Shown in pieces: positions 24,700 to 35,869 of a stretch of DNA of 64,000 nt (within the stretch, counting starts at the first letter, position 1; every line of letters begins with the position of its first letter). The translations under genes were made by a program, and so were the position numbers. A model generated the notes under the pieces. It had not been told where the DNA came from. It ran no database searches and was given only the letters and a program-made list of their open reading frames with translations. Location: NCBI GenBank assembly GCA_036172245.1, contig JAYWIR010000060.1, positions 248,001 to 312,000 on the forward strand, given 5' to 3'. This stretch comes from Raillietiella orientalis. Its lineage: Eukaryota.

Positions 24700-25400
24700 C
24701 TTGCGCCAACCCCGCCCCGCGCGCGGATCCACGGAGCTGGTGGGTCGGGGACACCTCTTCAGTGTGCAAGAAGCCTGCTGCTCCCTTCGGGGAGCGCCCT
24801 CCAGAGAACATTCGGAAGCCTCCCTTCGGAGTTCAGAGAAAGGGGAAGCAAGGAGCGGTTCCCTTTGGAGACAACCGGGGTGGAAGGTTCCCTTCCGGGC
24901 TCCGTCCCATTCTTGAGAGGAACGGAACCCTTCCTAAGTTCATAGGGCGGTCGCCTCCCAATCTTGAAGGACTCGCTGAACGCACCCTCGGGTGGTGTGT
25001 GGACAGCGTTAAAGAGCTGCATGAGCCGCCAGGCACGCGACGGTAATTAGCGAACCGAAAAAGAAAGACAATCCGAAAAAAAGAAATGCTGGAAGGAAAG
25101 CAGCAAAGGCAGAAAAGAGCCTTAGAGAATTTCTATCATCCACGGAACAACGTAATAATGTATTTTTATTATGTTCCGTAATAAATGCCCCGGCATGATC
25201 GAGTGATAATCATCCACTGCGCAGCACCAACCGGACAGCTGAAGAACCGGTCAGCTGAGGAGGTCAGCTGCTGCGAATAGCCCTGACCTCTCTGCACCCG
25301 GTCCGTGGGAGTCAAACTTTGCGCTTCCTGCCGGTTCCCCCAAGGTTTGATCCCAGCAGTGAATGAGATGAAGGAGAAGGGGGGAAGGCGAATTGGCGAA
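24700..25400 (-). repeat. Second subfamily-B LINE relic (ORF2 end plus long 3' UTR), interrupted at 25144-25208
   Basis: Collinear with 6150-6620. Minus-strand cagctgacctcc...gcagtggatgatag followed by a T-rich tract parallels the family ORF2 end. Confidence 0.55.
25144..25208 (+). mobile_element. 65-bp extreme 5'-truncated LINE insertion with a perfect 9-bp TSD
   Basis: Contains AATAAATGCCCCGGCATGATCGAGTGATA and is flanked by atcatccac at 25135-25143 and 25209-25217. Confidence 0.75.
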
Positions 25401-26174
25401 TTCTTTGCCCAGCCTTCGCACCCCTGCCGCTCAACTGCCTCGCCCATTGGGAAGCGAGCGCGCTGCTGTGCCGTTTTCAAGAGGAGCTTCCCCTCCCCCT
25501 TCCGGCTTCGGAGGTTTCCGTGGAGGGAAAGTAGCGAGCGGCGTGGACGCCGGCGACTCCCTTTCCTTTCTGTAGCTTCCTCGGGGAAACTAACACGGGA
25601 AGGAGCTCCGTCACGGACTGCCTTCCTTCTGTCCCCTCCCTCTCTCCCCCTTCCCGTTTCCAAGAGACTCTGTCGCTGCTCGCGAAGTGTCTGCAGCTGT
25701 CCTGGACCTCTGGAGGCGTCAAGAGGAGGAGTCGCCTAGAGGGAAAGCGAACGTCGGACGACGCGCTGGCTCTGGATGCCGCACCACCGCCCGACCAGCA
25801 GGAGGATTCGGGAGTCGGGAGGGACAGGAGGCCCCCGACATAGACCCTCTCGCTGCACGGTCGGTCCTCTGGGATCCGGAGGCGGCCGAGGTGCGCTTTC
25901 CGCTGGAGCGAACTGCCGATCCGAGCAGACGAACGAGGCGCTCCGGTATCCGTGGAGACCAGCGGGAATTCCTTCGATCTCCAAGACCAAGTTAAACCCC
26001 TGCCCCTGGTCCGGGCGTCATCTCGGCAGCGGGGAGGTTCCCACATACTTTTCGGCGTGCAGCCCGGGCAGCCCCGAGGAATGTGAAGGCATGGCGGCCG
26101 GCGAGGGTCGCCTGCGGCTTTTCCCCCCGCAACTAACGGATGTTCAGCTCCTTAGGGGACCCTCGGTGACCTTG

Positions 26175-26450
26175 CCGTGCACGTCGTATATGTGCACGTG
26201 TTTGTGTGTGTCTGCGATACATTGTGCATGCACGCACACATATCCATTATAGCTGCATGTGTGCGCGTTGCCACATACAAATATGCACACATGCTCACGA
26301 AACACATATGCACGTGCGCGCACAGCGTGCATGTGTGTGTGTGTGAGCTCCACGATGTGTATTCGAGCGGGAGTGCAGATGTGCGCGTCTTTGGATAGGC
26401 ACGCATATACGCGCGAGGGCAAGCATATGTGTACATGCGCGTACACATGT
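26175..26450. repeat. Alternating purine-pyrimidine low-complexity block
   Basis: Degenerate TG/CA/CG dinucleotide sequence. Confidence 0.85.
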
Positions 26451-28254
26451 CCGACCACCCGGAGCGAGCAACTGGGAACCCGCACAGGACGGATACCCGA
26501 GCCGGTCCAACGACCGAGAAACTGGGTCCGCTCCCGCCCTCGTCTCCCAGAGCCTTGGCAGGACCCGCCGGGGGCACCCAGGACAATGCCCAACGCTCTT
26601 GCCCGGAGATCCAAGGCCGGGACTCCCGAATTCAGGTCCTGGGACGCGCCGCTTGACACCTTGAAGCCCCCATCTCCGGAGGGTCTCCCTGTTGAGCCTC
26701 CGCCATTCCCCCGCGTGGTTCCTTCCGCAGGTGGCGACATCTCTCGCGTTTCACCCCTGCGCATCTGCTCGGCTTCGGTCCTGGAGGGCGGTATCGTCAG
26801 GGGGGCCCGCTGTGTAGCTGAAGCCGACCTGGCGGGCCTCGCCGGGTGTCTTCGCGAGGCTTCCCATAACGGGCCAGTCCTGGAGGGTCGGTCCACCAGC
26901 CGGCACACTCGTGGGCGCTCCGTTCCCAGGCAACGCGAGTGCTGCAGAGGTCGCCTCCCGCTGGAGTTCGCCGCATCAAGGGGAGGGGCCACGTGGGGCG
27001 CGTGAGGCATAGATGCGTCTAAGCCCCCTATCTCGTGGAACGGCCAATTCCGTGGGATCACCCGGAGGAGAGCGCGCCCCCTCCCCTTGCGAGAGTACCA
27101 CTCGGATCCTCCAGCCGAGACTTCTGCTCCTCCCGTCCCGCGGCCTCCCTCAGGCGAGGGGGAACCGTGTTTAGCGGGCCCAGGAGGGGCGCGCCCATCC
27201 GCGGTGGCGGCCATGGAAACCGCCACGCAGTCGCGTCGGTCCTGGCCGACCAGGCGCGGCGGAGAAAAGGCCGCCGCAGCCGTGGAGGTTCCCACATTCT
27301 TTGGCTGACTCTCCATCCCTCCTCCTCTACTCCACCCGCTGGCGCGGTCCCGCCGCATCCAGCGAGCTACTCCCCGTGCCACACCTCGCGTCCAGGGCGG
27401 TGGCGTCGCGCCCGCCGGCCAGCCCTTCCGGCCTTCAGCACCCCCCGCGGCAAAACCGGCGCCTCCTCGGAGTAAGTTCCTGCGGTTCCGATCCCCTTTT
27501 CCCTCATCCCCCAAGATGAAGGTGGCGGATGGGGCTCTCCGCTGAATCTCGGAGTTGCGGATCGCTCTCGCACGCCTGCCACCTCCTCTCATCAGGAGGG
27601 AACCACGGCAATGCAGCTTCTGAACTCGGCAAATCCGACCCTCTGCTCGGAGGGCGTCCCGCCTTGCGCTCCAGTCCCTCTACGGGGCCGAACCTAGCGA
27701 GGGCGGACGAATCAGGAGTCGAGGTGGTCTCCAAGGAGGGCCTTCCTCCCCACTGGTTCCCCAAGCGCTTCAAGAGCGTCGCTGAGCCTGTGAGGGCAGG
27801 TCGGGACTTTCCGCAGATGGAGGTCTGATGCCTCTCCCGGGAAGCGGGGCGTGCCGAGGACGAGCCCCCGGGAGAAATCCGCTCTCCAGGAGGAGGGTGC
27901 GCATCGTTCGGCAGTGGACGGGGGAAGCGGGGGACGCCGTCAATCCCTCGTCCCCCGTGGGTCCCTTCCGCCCCATGAACGACAATGTGAGCCGGAGCGT
28001 AGCGCGTCCACAACGCAGCTGGGGGGACCCGGGGAATGGGGCAGCCCCGCGCGTTCTTCGGAGGCGTCGCAAGGCGTTGCAGCTTCCGGGTGGAACCGCA
28101 CGGCTGCCAACGCAGTATGGCGACCGCGCGTCGCGGGTTTGAATCCCGCCTGGGGGAACGTCGACGCCTAGGACGGGGAGGGGGGGAGGAAGGTTTCGAG
28201 TGTGCTCTCAAGATGACGCTGGTTGGCACCGGTTCGCGTGCGGCTGCACTGGCT

Positions 28255-31200
28255 GCTACTCTGTCAAGCCGGGGGCGTTTATTTATAAAAAAAATAAACG
28301 AACACGTCTGTGGCAGGACGTTTGATCCTGCCACGTTACTTAAAACTACGAGACGGAACCTGTCGGGAACTGGCGCTCAGGACAGCGGGGTTCACCTTGG
28401 CAGCACAGGGGAAGAGGAGACAAACAAAAAGAAAAATAAAAGGGAAAATACAAAAAAAAAAAAAAGTGGGGAGTTCGGGCGGGGATCATTGTGTGTGCCG
28501 GAGGGTGTCCTCTGCATCCTTGCAAGAATGCAGGCAAGTTCCTGTTTCAAGACTTCCAGATGGGACCATCTTAACGCTGTCCTCATGAAGAGGACAGCAG
28601 AACAGATGGCGTATGCAGCTAGGCATGCGGCCGGCATGAGGGCGTCGCGCAGGAAGAGGCGCTTTCAGACGTCTCTGGGGTTGCGGACGGAAGTTCCAAG
28701 ATCGCGGCAAAGCATCTCCGAAGGGATCAGAGGTTAACGCAGTCCACTAGGAGGGCGGAAGGAATTCCCACTCCTTGCACCTTCCACAGTTTGGGTCCAT
28801 TCCTCCCCCCTGTGCCCAATGATTCTGGGAGTTGCGCGGGAGGACTCAGTGCAGCAGCATCACCGCCTACTCCTGCCACTTTAAGGGGAGGGTGCGGGTG
28901 TTCCTGGGCGCCGGGACCACTGCCGGAATACCCAGTAGCACGCCACAGAGCAAAAGTCCACGAGGTTGAGCAATCGGGGTCGCAGCTTCGACGATCTGGC
29001 CCGTCGTCCACTCTCTCAGTCCTCTTTTCCTGCAGGAGGTTTCCACCGAGATCTCTTCGATCTAGGCGTAGGGGCAGCAGCCCATGTGCTCCCTAAGGGA
29101 GGGCAGCGTGGTGGCGAGGGAGGTTTTTCCCGCCCACGTACTCTTCGCGGGATCTTCCAGGATCTCCCGGAGTGTGCAGTTGTTGGTGCACGCGTACAGG
29201 AAACGTCGCATTCGTTTCCGCGCTTGGCTCCTGGGTCCTCTCTCACGAGCGGACGGTTCCCTGCAACCAGGCGCTACCGTTCGCAGGACGGCACGAGATC
29301 CATCCGTTTCTCCTAGCCCGCATGGCCACCTGCCGCAGGCGCAGTCCGCGGTGGATGAGACTGCGTGGACGGCGCGCAAGGAAGGGCGCAACTCTCACTC
29401 TGCCGGTGGCTTGCTGGACGAGATGTGCAGGTTGGCACCAGGTGGCGCTACATAATTTTTCCACGAGGACAAGTGTTCGAAACTGGAGCTGCAGCCTTAT
29501 TCGCGCCAGCGTCAGGAGGTCTAGGCCACCGTCCCGGTGCGGAGCACACAAATCCTCTAGACGGACTCGGGGCCTCCCTTTGTCCCAGGGAGCTATCCAT
29601 AGGAGGTCCTTTGTCCGCTTCCTAATGCTGCATGGCGGGGGACAAACAAAAGCAGGGGGCGGAAAAGGTGGGCCACGAAGGCGTTCCACACCGCGGTTCG
29701 TTCCAAAGAGGCGGGTTTTACCTGTCGGAACGAGCAGTGCTTTCTGAAGACTGCCGGACCAGGCTTCTGCGAAGCAGAAGTCCTCCAACGGAACGTCCAG
29801 GTACTTCAAGTACCTGCCCGTGCGGATCCCCAATGGTACACAGTCAGGCCGCCCTGCCCATGCCACACCAACTGGAACCATGGGCGACTTCGCTCTGTTC
29901 ACTAACAGGCCGTCCTGCGGCTGAGCAGCTCGAAGAAACCGTCGAGTGCGCATGCCGGGGTGGACATGGGGAGCAGCAGCAGAAGATCACGTCTGCTGAG
30001 ACGGCAAGCGTGCCGGGACATACGCGCGGGTGGAGAGCCAGAATCTCCCTGTACGCTCTCAGCATCAATTCGAAATAGGTGCTAAAGAGCAGGGAGCTCA
30101 AGCTGTCGCCCTACCGCAGGCCGCGTCCGCGCCGGTACGCCGTGCAAGGTGTGTCTGCTGGAAAGAATGTTGATGAGCCCATCGTGCCAGCTGAAGAGCA
30201 GGTCGGCCATCAAAGAGGCCTGGAAGTCCAAGCGTTCGAGGAGCTCCAGAAGAAGCTGCTGGTTGACGCAGTTGGATGCCTCGTGCATGTCGACTGCGAC
30301 CGCAAGGGCTCCCACTCCCGACCGACCTTCCCCTGGCTCGGAATTCCGGTTACCCTGCACAATCATCTGCCTTCCCTGTGGGTGCGCGAACCAGGTGCTA
30401 GCACAGATCAGGTTGGCGTCCATGCTCTGCCCGGGAACAGTATACGGCTGCCCCGGGCTGCCTTTTCGCCACCCGCCCTAGCCGCTCGGCCCGCAGTTTC
30501 GCTAGCAGCTTGACGTCCGCGTTTACTGCCCCAATCGGCCGCCAGCTGCCGATGCTCTGTAGGTCTCCTCCTTTGGGGAGGAGCCTCAGCTTAGCTGGGT
30601 GAAACGAGCGGGAACGTCGCCTGTTCCGCGTATAGGCAAGGTCAACTGCTCTACCAGGGGAGCCATCCACTGGACGACGATCTTTTTGGAGACTGCGTCA
30701 AGATGATCCCATCTGGGTACTGCCAAAGCAGCGCCTGTCATCATCCTGCACAGGATGCAGAGGACGACTCCAGGCGATCAGTGATCCCTTGCCTGCCTCC
30801 CTTCCCCAAATAGACATTTTCCTCCACTGCTTGATTATTTTTTTTGTTTATTTTTGTTTGGTTTTTTTTCCTTGCCCTTCGCCGTTGGAGCAGACCTCAC
30901 CAGACTGCGCTTTTGGCAAGTCCTCCGCGCGTGGTAGAACCAAGTCTTCTACCACGATTGAAAAAACTTTTTCGATTTATTATAAAATTTTATTTATAAA
31001 ATTTTAATAATAAATGCCCCGGAAAACCCTGCTGAAAAACCAGAGGATTCAGCTCTGCCGCGATGCATTGGAAAAACTCTGCAGGCAGGCAGTCCTCCCC
31101 TGGAGCCTTACGCCTGTTGAGCTTCCCGATCGCGGTGATCTCACCGGCCGAGAAAGGCTCGTCGAGACTTCTCCTGCGCTCCTTGAGATCCCAGGAGCAC

Positions 31201-31800
31201 CTTCCGGGAGCAGGAATTTTGCGAAATCCCACTCGGGAGGTGCTCTTGCGTACAGGAAGAAGAACTTGCGAACTATGCCTCTTACGTGTACGGGAGCCGA
31301 GTTCTCCCGACCCTGGTCGTCCAGCAAGCTGGCCGACCCGGATTGCCAGGTTTGCCTCTCGGTCCCCGCTTTGAATTCCGCCAGCCTCCGGATGTTGAAT
31401 GGTCTGCTGTAACGGCGGGAGCACAGGTTACGGACACCCTCTCCAAACCTAGCAGGTAGGCGATCCAGGAGGAATCGTTGGCAGAACTCTCGGGCCGAGC
31501 TCTGGAAGCGATCCCAGTCCCCGACCGTGTGCAGACCGAAACCCCTTACGAACTCGCGGGGGTGTTACGCGGTTCCCGTGACATTCACCCAGCTCCCCAG
31601 GAGACGCCACGCATCCGAGGGGAGACCCCTATCGCGCGCCCGAACTTCGAACTCGATCCGGGAAACCTGGAACCGAGGCAGAAAGGAGCGGGTATTTCGT
31701 CCAACGGGAGGAGGAAGCAGCCGGCCGACTACCCGTTTGGACCGCCCGAGGCCGACACCGGAATAGAGGGGGGGGGCTTCGACCCCGAACTGAAGCGCAC
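28255..31800 (-). mobile_element. Degenerate L1/Tx1-like non-LTR retrotransposon (ORF2 linker, RT, C-terminus and 3' UTR); longest copy, interrupted at 30662-31038
   Basis: Motifs occur in canonical order across frameshifts: WDRFQSSAREFCQRF, LDEPFSAGEITAIGKLNRRKAPGEDCLPAEFF, LRLLPKGGDLQSIGSWRPI..NADVKLLAK, AVDMHEASNCVNQQLL, G.DSLSSLLF, YLKYLDV, PRVRLEDLCAPHRDGGLDL, PLK(W). These are followed by a T-rich 3' UTR, a hairpin at 28310-28334 and AATAAA near 28280. The 5' limit is approximate. Confidence 0.85.
30662..31038 (+). mobile_element. 5'-truncated copy of the LINE family, nested antisense in the RT region, 9-bp TSD
   Basis: ORF2-end motif tcccatctgg...aggatgcagaggac, T-rich tract, hairpin 30930-30956, then AATAAATGCCCCGG...TGAAAA. 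Flanked by accagggga (30653-30661) and accagagga (31039-31047). It splits the host between the KAPG.D and LLPK motifs. Confidence 0.8.
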
Positions 31801-33959
31801 CAGGTACACGCGCAAGTGGAACCCCTTCCAGGTGGTGGCTCGGGCGAGAGGACCACGCTTCTTCCTAACGTGAGGCCCGCTCGCGAAGGTCCCACCTCAC
31901 TCCGGTGGGCAATCCCAGAGGCGCGATGAAGCGCCTCTTCGCGCTCAGCGCTCTGTACCGCCGCACGGTCGCCAGCAAGAAGCGCAGCCAAAGGAGCGCC
32001 AACGGCAGAATTGCGGCGCTCTTCATGCGCGCTTCGATGTCGCCTGCAGATGCCTTCCTTGCAGCTCCTAGCTGCCTTCGTAGGATCGTGGCGGCGAGGA
32101 GCCGCGCCAGAAGAGACCAGTCGAACGGTGACGTCATCGCAACCCTATGCTCCTTTATGATGGAGATGCCGTCTTGTCGCTCTCGATCTCTGCCAAAAAA
32201 AGGAAAAACCTGTCAACATACTCCAGAGGATGCTGAGGACTCCAGGAAAAATCTGCCATCCTCTCCAGCACAACCACTCCTCTACTCTTTTTTGGCCTGT
32301 TAAGCGAGTCATTTTTTTTCTCCAAAAGTGCACCCGTGGGTGCGTGATTGAAATTGGCGAAGACGAATAGGTACGTCAGTCGCACAGCAAATGTATCTAT
32401 TGTAAAAATGAACGAAGAAAAAAAAGGGGAGAAAATTGGATTCATAAAAATTTCGTTATTGCACAGAAAGTAAGAAACTCCATACAAAAGAAGAGAAACT
32501 CGTGAGAAGTTCCATCCGATTTTGCCGCAGGATATTTTTCAAAACAAAGATGCGTCACAAAGTGGCGCATCTCCCGGGTCGAGCGCCGGCCTTTGATCTC
32601 CTTACGGACGCCATTTTTCGAACACCCGACCACATCTTCGAGGTGCACTCGACTTTGATGGTGTACACGGTACAGAATATGGAAAGTGTGTTCCGGCGAG
32701 ACGCGGAGGCTGGGCAGTCGCAGTCGGTCGACCAGCTGTCAGGGTTTCTTCAGTTGAAGGTTCCCCATGCATCCGAGCATTCCCATTTTTTCTTTTTATA
32801 CAATAAATGGGAATCCAAGCGCCCAATCAAAAAAGCCTGGAAGATGGACAACTCTTTTCCTTTGACCTCTTTCCGGCCAGCGTCTACGCTGCCATGAAAC
32901 CATCGCTTCTGTCCACTCCACCCATTCTTTTTCCCCTAAACCACTTCAAGCTTTCCTTTCACCACACCTCGTTTCGCTTCATCCATCATATTAGCGCCAC
33001 GTACCGTACTGAGACAGTACGGTACGTGGCGTACACAGTACACCCCTTTTGTCCGGCCACTTCAACAACATCACTCCGCGGTTAAGTGCTGACCTCTCTT
33101 TAGAGAAGTCGACGTCTTCAGGAGTGCCAAGTCTCTGCCGCCGCCGCATTTCAAATAGGATGTCCGCCTCACAAGTGCGTGGTTTCCGCGCGAGTTCCAC
33201 GCGTGCGTGCGAGTGATCCACACCGAATGTACACGCCTCGCCGAACAGGTCGCGAGAAAGTTCGAGAACGATGCGAGTCGCAGTCTCGCGCTGGGGAGCA
33301 CCGCTCGGACCGCGTCCCGCGCTCCTGCCAACGTGTGCACAGAAATCCCAAGCCAGATGGACCGTCGCGTCAGACGAAGGGTTCCGTTCCGGGATGACTC
33401 CTCCTGGAAGGTGTGTACACCGTCCCCAAGACAGCCGACCTTTCCGGAACGGCAAGGACCCATCAACGCAAATGCCTTGATCTGGAACGCACAAGGAGTT
33501 GCTTTTCGTTGTCGGGGTATTCGTGCAGGCAGCTTCACCCTTGGTAATTCTGCTTCTGGCAGTCACCCTCAAAATGGAAAACCCCCAAAATCACGTTCGC
33601 ATCTCGCACAGATCACTTCCTGCCAAAAGTAATCACTCGAAGCCCCAGTTGAGGAAGGAGAACTGAAGCTCCAATTGAGGAAGATTATCATTTTCATCAA
33701 TTATCAATTTCATCAATTTGTTTAGGATTTTTTGTTTGGTTGGCATCACCCCAAAAGTGTTTTGATAAAAAATCAATTAGGTCATTGCACGTTGCGGTCC
33801 CGATCAGAATATCAGCGAAATACACAAAGATATGATACTGCTTCAGCTTTTTACTGCGGTTTCGCATTTTGGCCATCAGAGGGCAATTTTTTTTTCCACA
33901 CAGCGCCTTCTACCTGTCGAACGCACCACAGCGGCGCCTCCGCAAAACGTGAGCCACAA

Positions 33960-34200
33960 CTCTTCACAGGTTGACCTGAACTTTCGAGTTTTCATTTACC
34001 CCTTTCCGCCACTCCTGTGCGGACCTAATCGGGAAAGCTGTCCACAGGAAGCAGCGTCTCCGGGACATCTCCCATCGTAGTGACGCTGCCGCGAAACCAC
34101 CACCAGGAAAGATCCTTTTTTTTTTTTTCTAATCTTTTCTGCGACTTCTTTTCGTAAAATTTTTTCCTTTCTGATGAACTCCCCGGCGTGACCGGGTGAA
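33960..34200 (+). mobile_element. LINE 3' terminus; 5' limit uncertain
   Basis: T-rich tract at 34116-34170, then a perfect CCCGG-CGTGA-CCGGG-TGAAA at 34182-34201. Confidence 0.6.
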
Positions 34201-35869
34201 ACGAAGGAGCGTCATCCTTCCCGAGGGAGGAAACGAGGATGGCCCCACCGGATGGACTGAAAGGAGGAATCTCTCCCAGCGCGCAAGATGCAGAAAGGAG
34301 ACCCTGGGGAATACCAGTGGCCTTTCCTTTCTTGTGCCACTGCCACCGCCTCTGGACAGGCGACAGCGTTTTTTTCTCTTTTTCCTCGTTTCTTTGCTGA
34401 GTGCCGCTTGCCCTCCTTCACCGGGGCGGACCTTCTTGGAGAGCAGCTGGGCCTCTCCCCAGCCCACACAGAACCCCTCCGTCGATGGTAGGACCTAAAG
34501 CCCCACGCTGCTTTTCATTCTTCACGTGTTCGGGGTTTGCGATCGACAAATGCTCCGGCGTGGACGGGTGCAGAGCGGCATCCCGAGGGTCACCGAGGGG
34601 GACTATGGGTCCGGAGGTGGCTGTTATACAGGCGAGCGCTCGTAGGGGGCCGCGAGCAGCCGAACGCAGGCCTCAGGGCACCCGGAACCCTACGGACCAC
34701 GCGCGACGTAGCTGCGGGAGGAGAGCGCGGAGCCCCAGAGAATTGCCTGAAAGAAACGTGGGCAGGATAACGAGGGACGCGCCCGCTCCGCGTAGCCCTC
34801 GAAGGGCGGGAAAAGCGTCCCTTCCGCCCGACAGTGCGGCGGCGGTCCACCCCGCTTTGGGCGCCAAGTCCACAGTTGCAGATTCCACAGGTCGGCAGGG
34901 GCGTCTCGAGGCTGCGACAGAGGTCGGTTCTCTCGGCCGCCTTCATCTTGCTGCTTCCGCGCAAAGTCCGGACCTGCACGCTGGTGGGGACCGAGTCGTC
35001 CGGAAAGAACGCTGGAGCCCCCTTCGAGGAGGCCCCAACCCCGAATCCTCGCGCCGCTCCCTGGAGGAACCTCAGAGGCGAGCGAGCGCACCTCAAGACT
35101 CCACTTTCTCCCTGGGGACTGCGCTCTTCTGCTGCGGTGATTGGCGCGCGGGACAGCTCCAGAGGAAGTGCCTGCAGGAAGCAGGCGGCGGCCAGTGGGG
35201 GCAGAGGTCAACACGCTTCCAGGATGCGACTCCCCCCCGGGAGCATGCGAATGGCACCGTGGACCGGGAAGCGGCGGTCTGTGACGAGCAACCGCTCGAC
35301 CCACAGGGTCCGTGCTTTCCCGACCCGCTCAGAGGTCAGTCCCGGAGATCGGGAGACTTAGGAGCTGAGGCGCCATCTCGGGGACCAGACTGCAGGACGG
35401 CGTCCAGGAAGGAGGTAGCGGCGCCAAAACCAGTGAACGGAGGCTCCGGGTGACTCGCGGAGGAAGGCGAAAGTGGAGACTTCGCTCCTGGGGTCGAAGA
35501 AGCACAGGGATTTCTTGCGGACCACGGAAAGGTCGCACAGTGACTCGGGGTGTTTTTCGTACATGGCCAGCCGAGACGGGCCGGTTCGCCCACGAGGCCC
35601 GACGGAACCTCCCTCCCCCACCGGGCCCCCTCGGAAACGGAGGGAGATGCTGAAACCAGCTCGAACCGATGATCAGCCGGCGAGGTCGGGAGAAGAGAGA
35701 GGAAACGATTCCCAAGCGCCCGGATAGAGCCCTGCCCCTCAAGAGAGTCCTCCTCGACGCCACGGCACTTTTATTCACGTCCTGCGAGGGCAAGTGGCGG
35801 CTTATCCCTGGGTTACGCGCCCTCCCTCCAAGGAGGGGTCCCCGTTCGGAGGCCGGACGCGCATGGTGT

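Noticed and set aside
28070..28155. tRNA T-arm-like GCGGG-TTTGAAT-CCCGC (similar B-box-like hits near 11918 and 61420)
   Set aside because: There is no convincing A box, D arm or acceptor stem. It is at most a decayed SINE head, not a tRNA gene.
33652..34209. aggaaggag / acgaaggag as the TSD of the 34.2-kb terminus
   Set aside because: It is a low-complexity purine match, and the enclosed 5' sequence does not resemble other copies.
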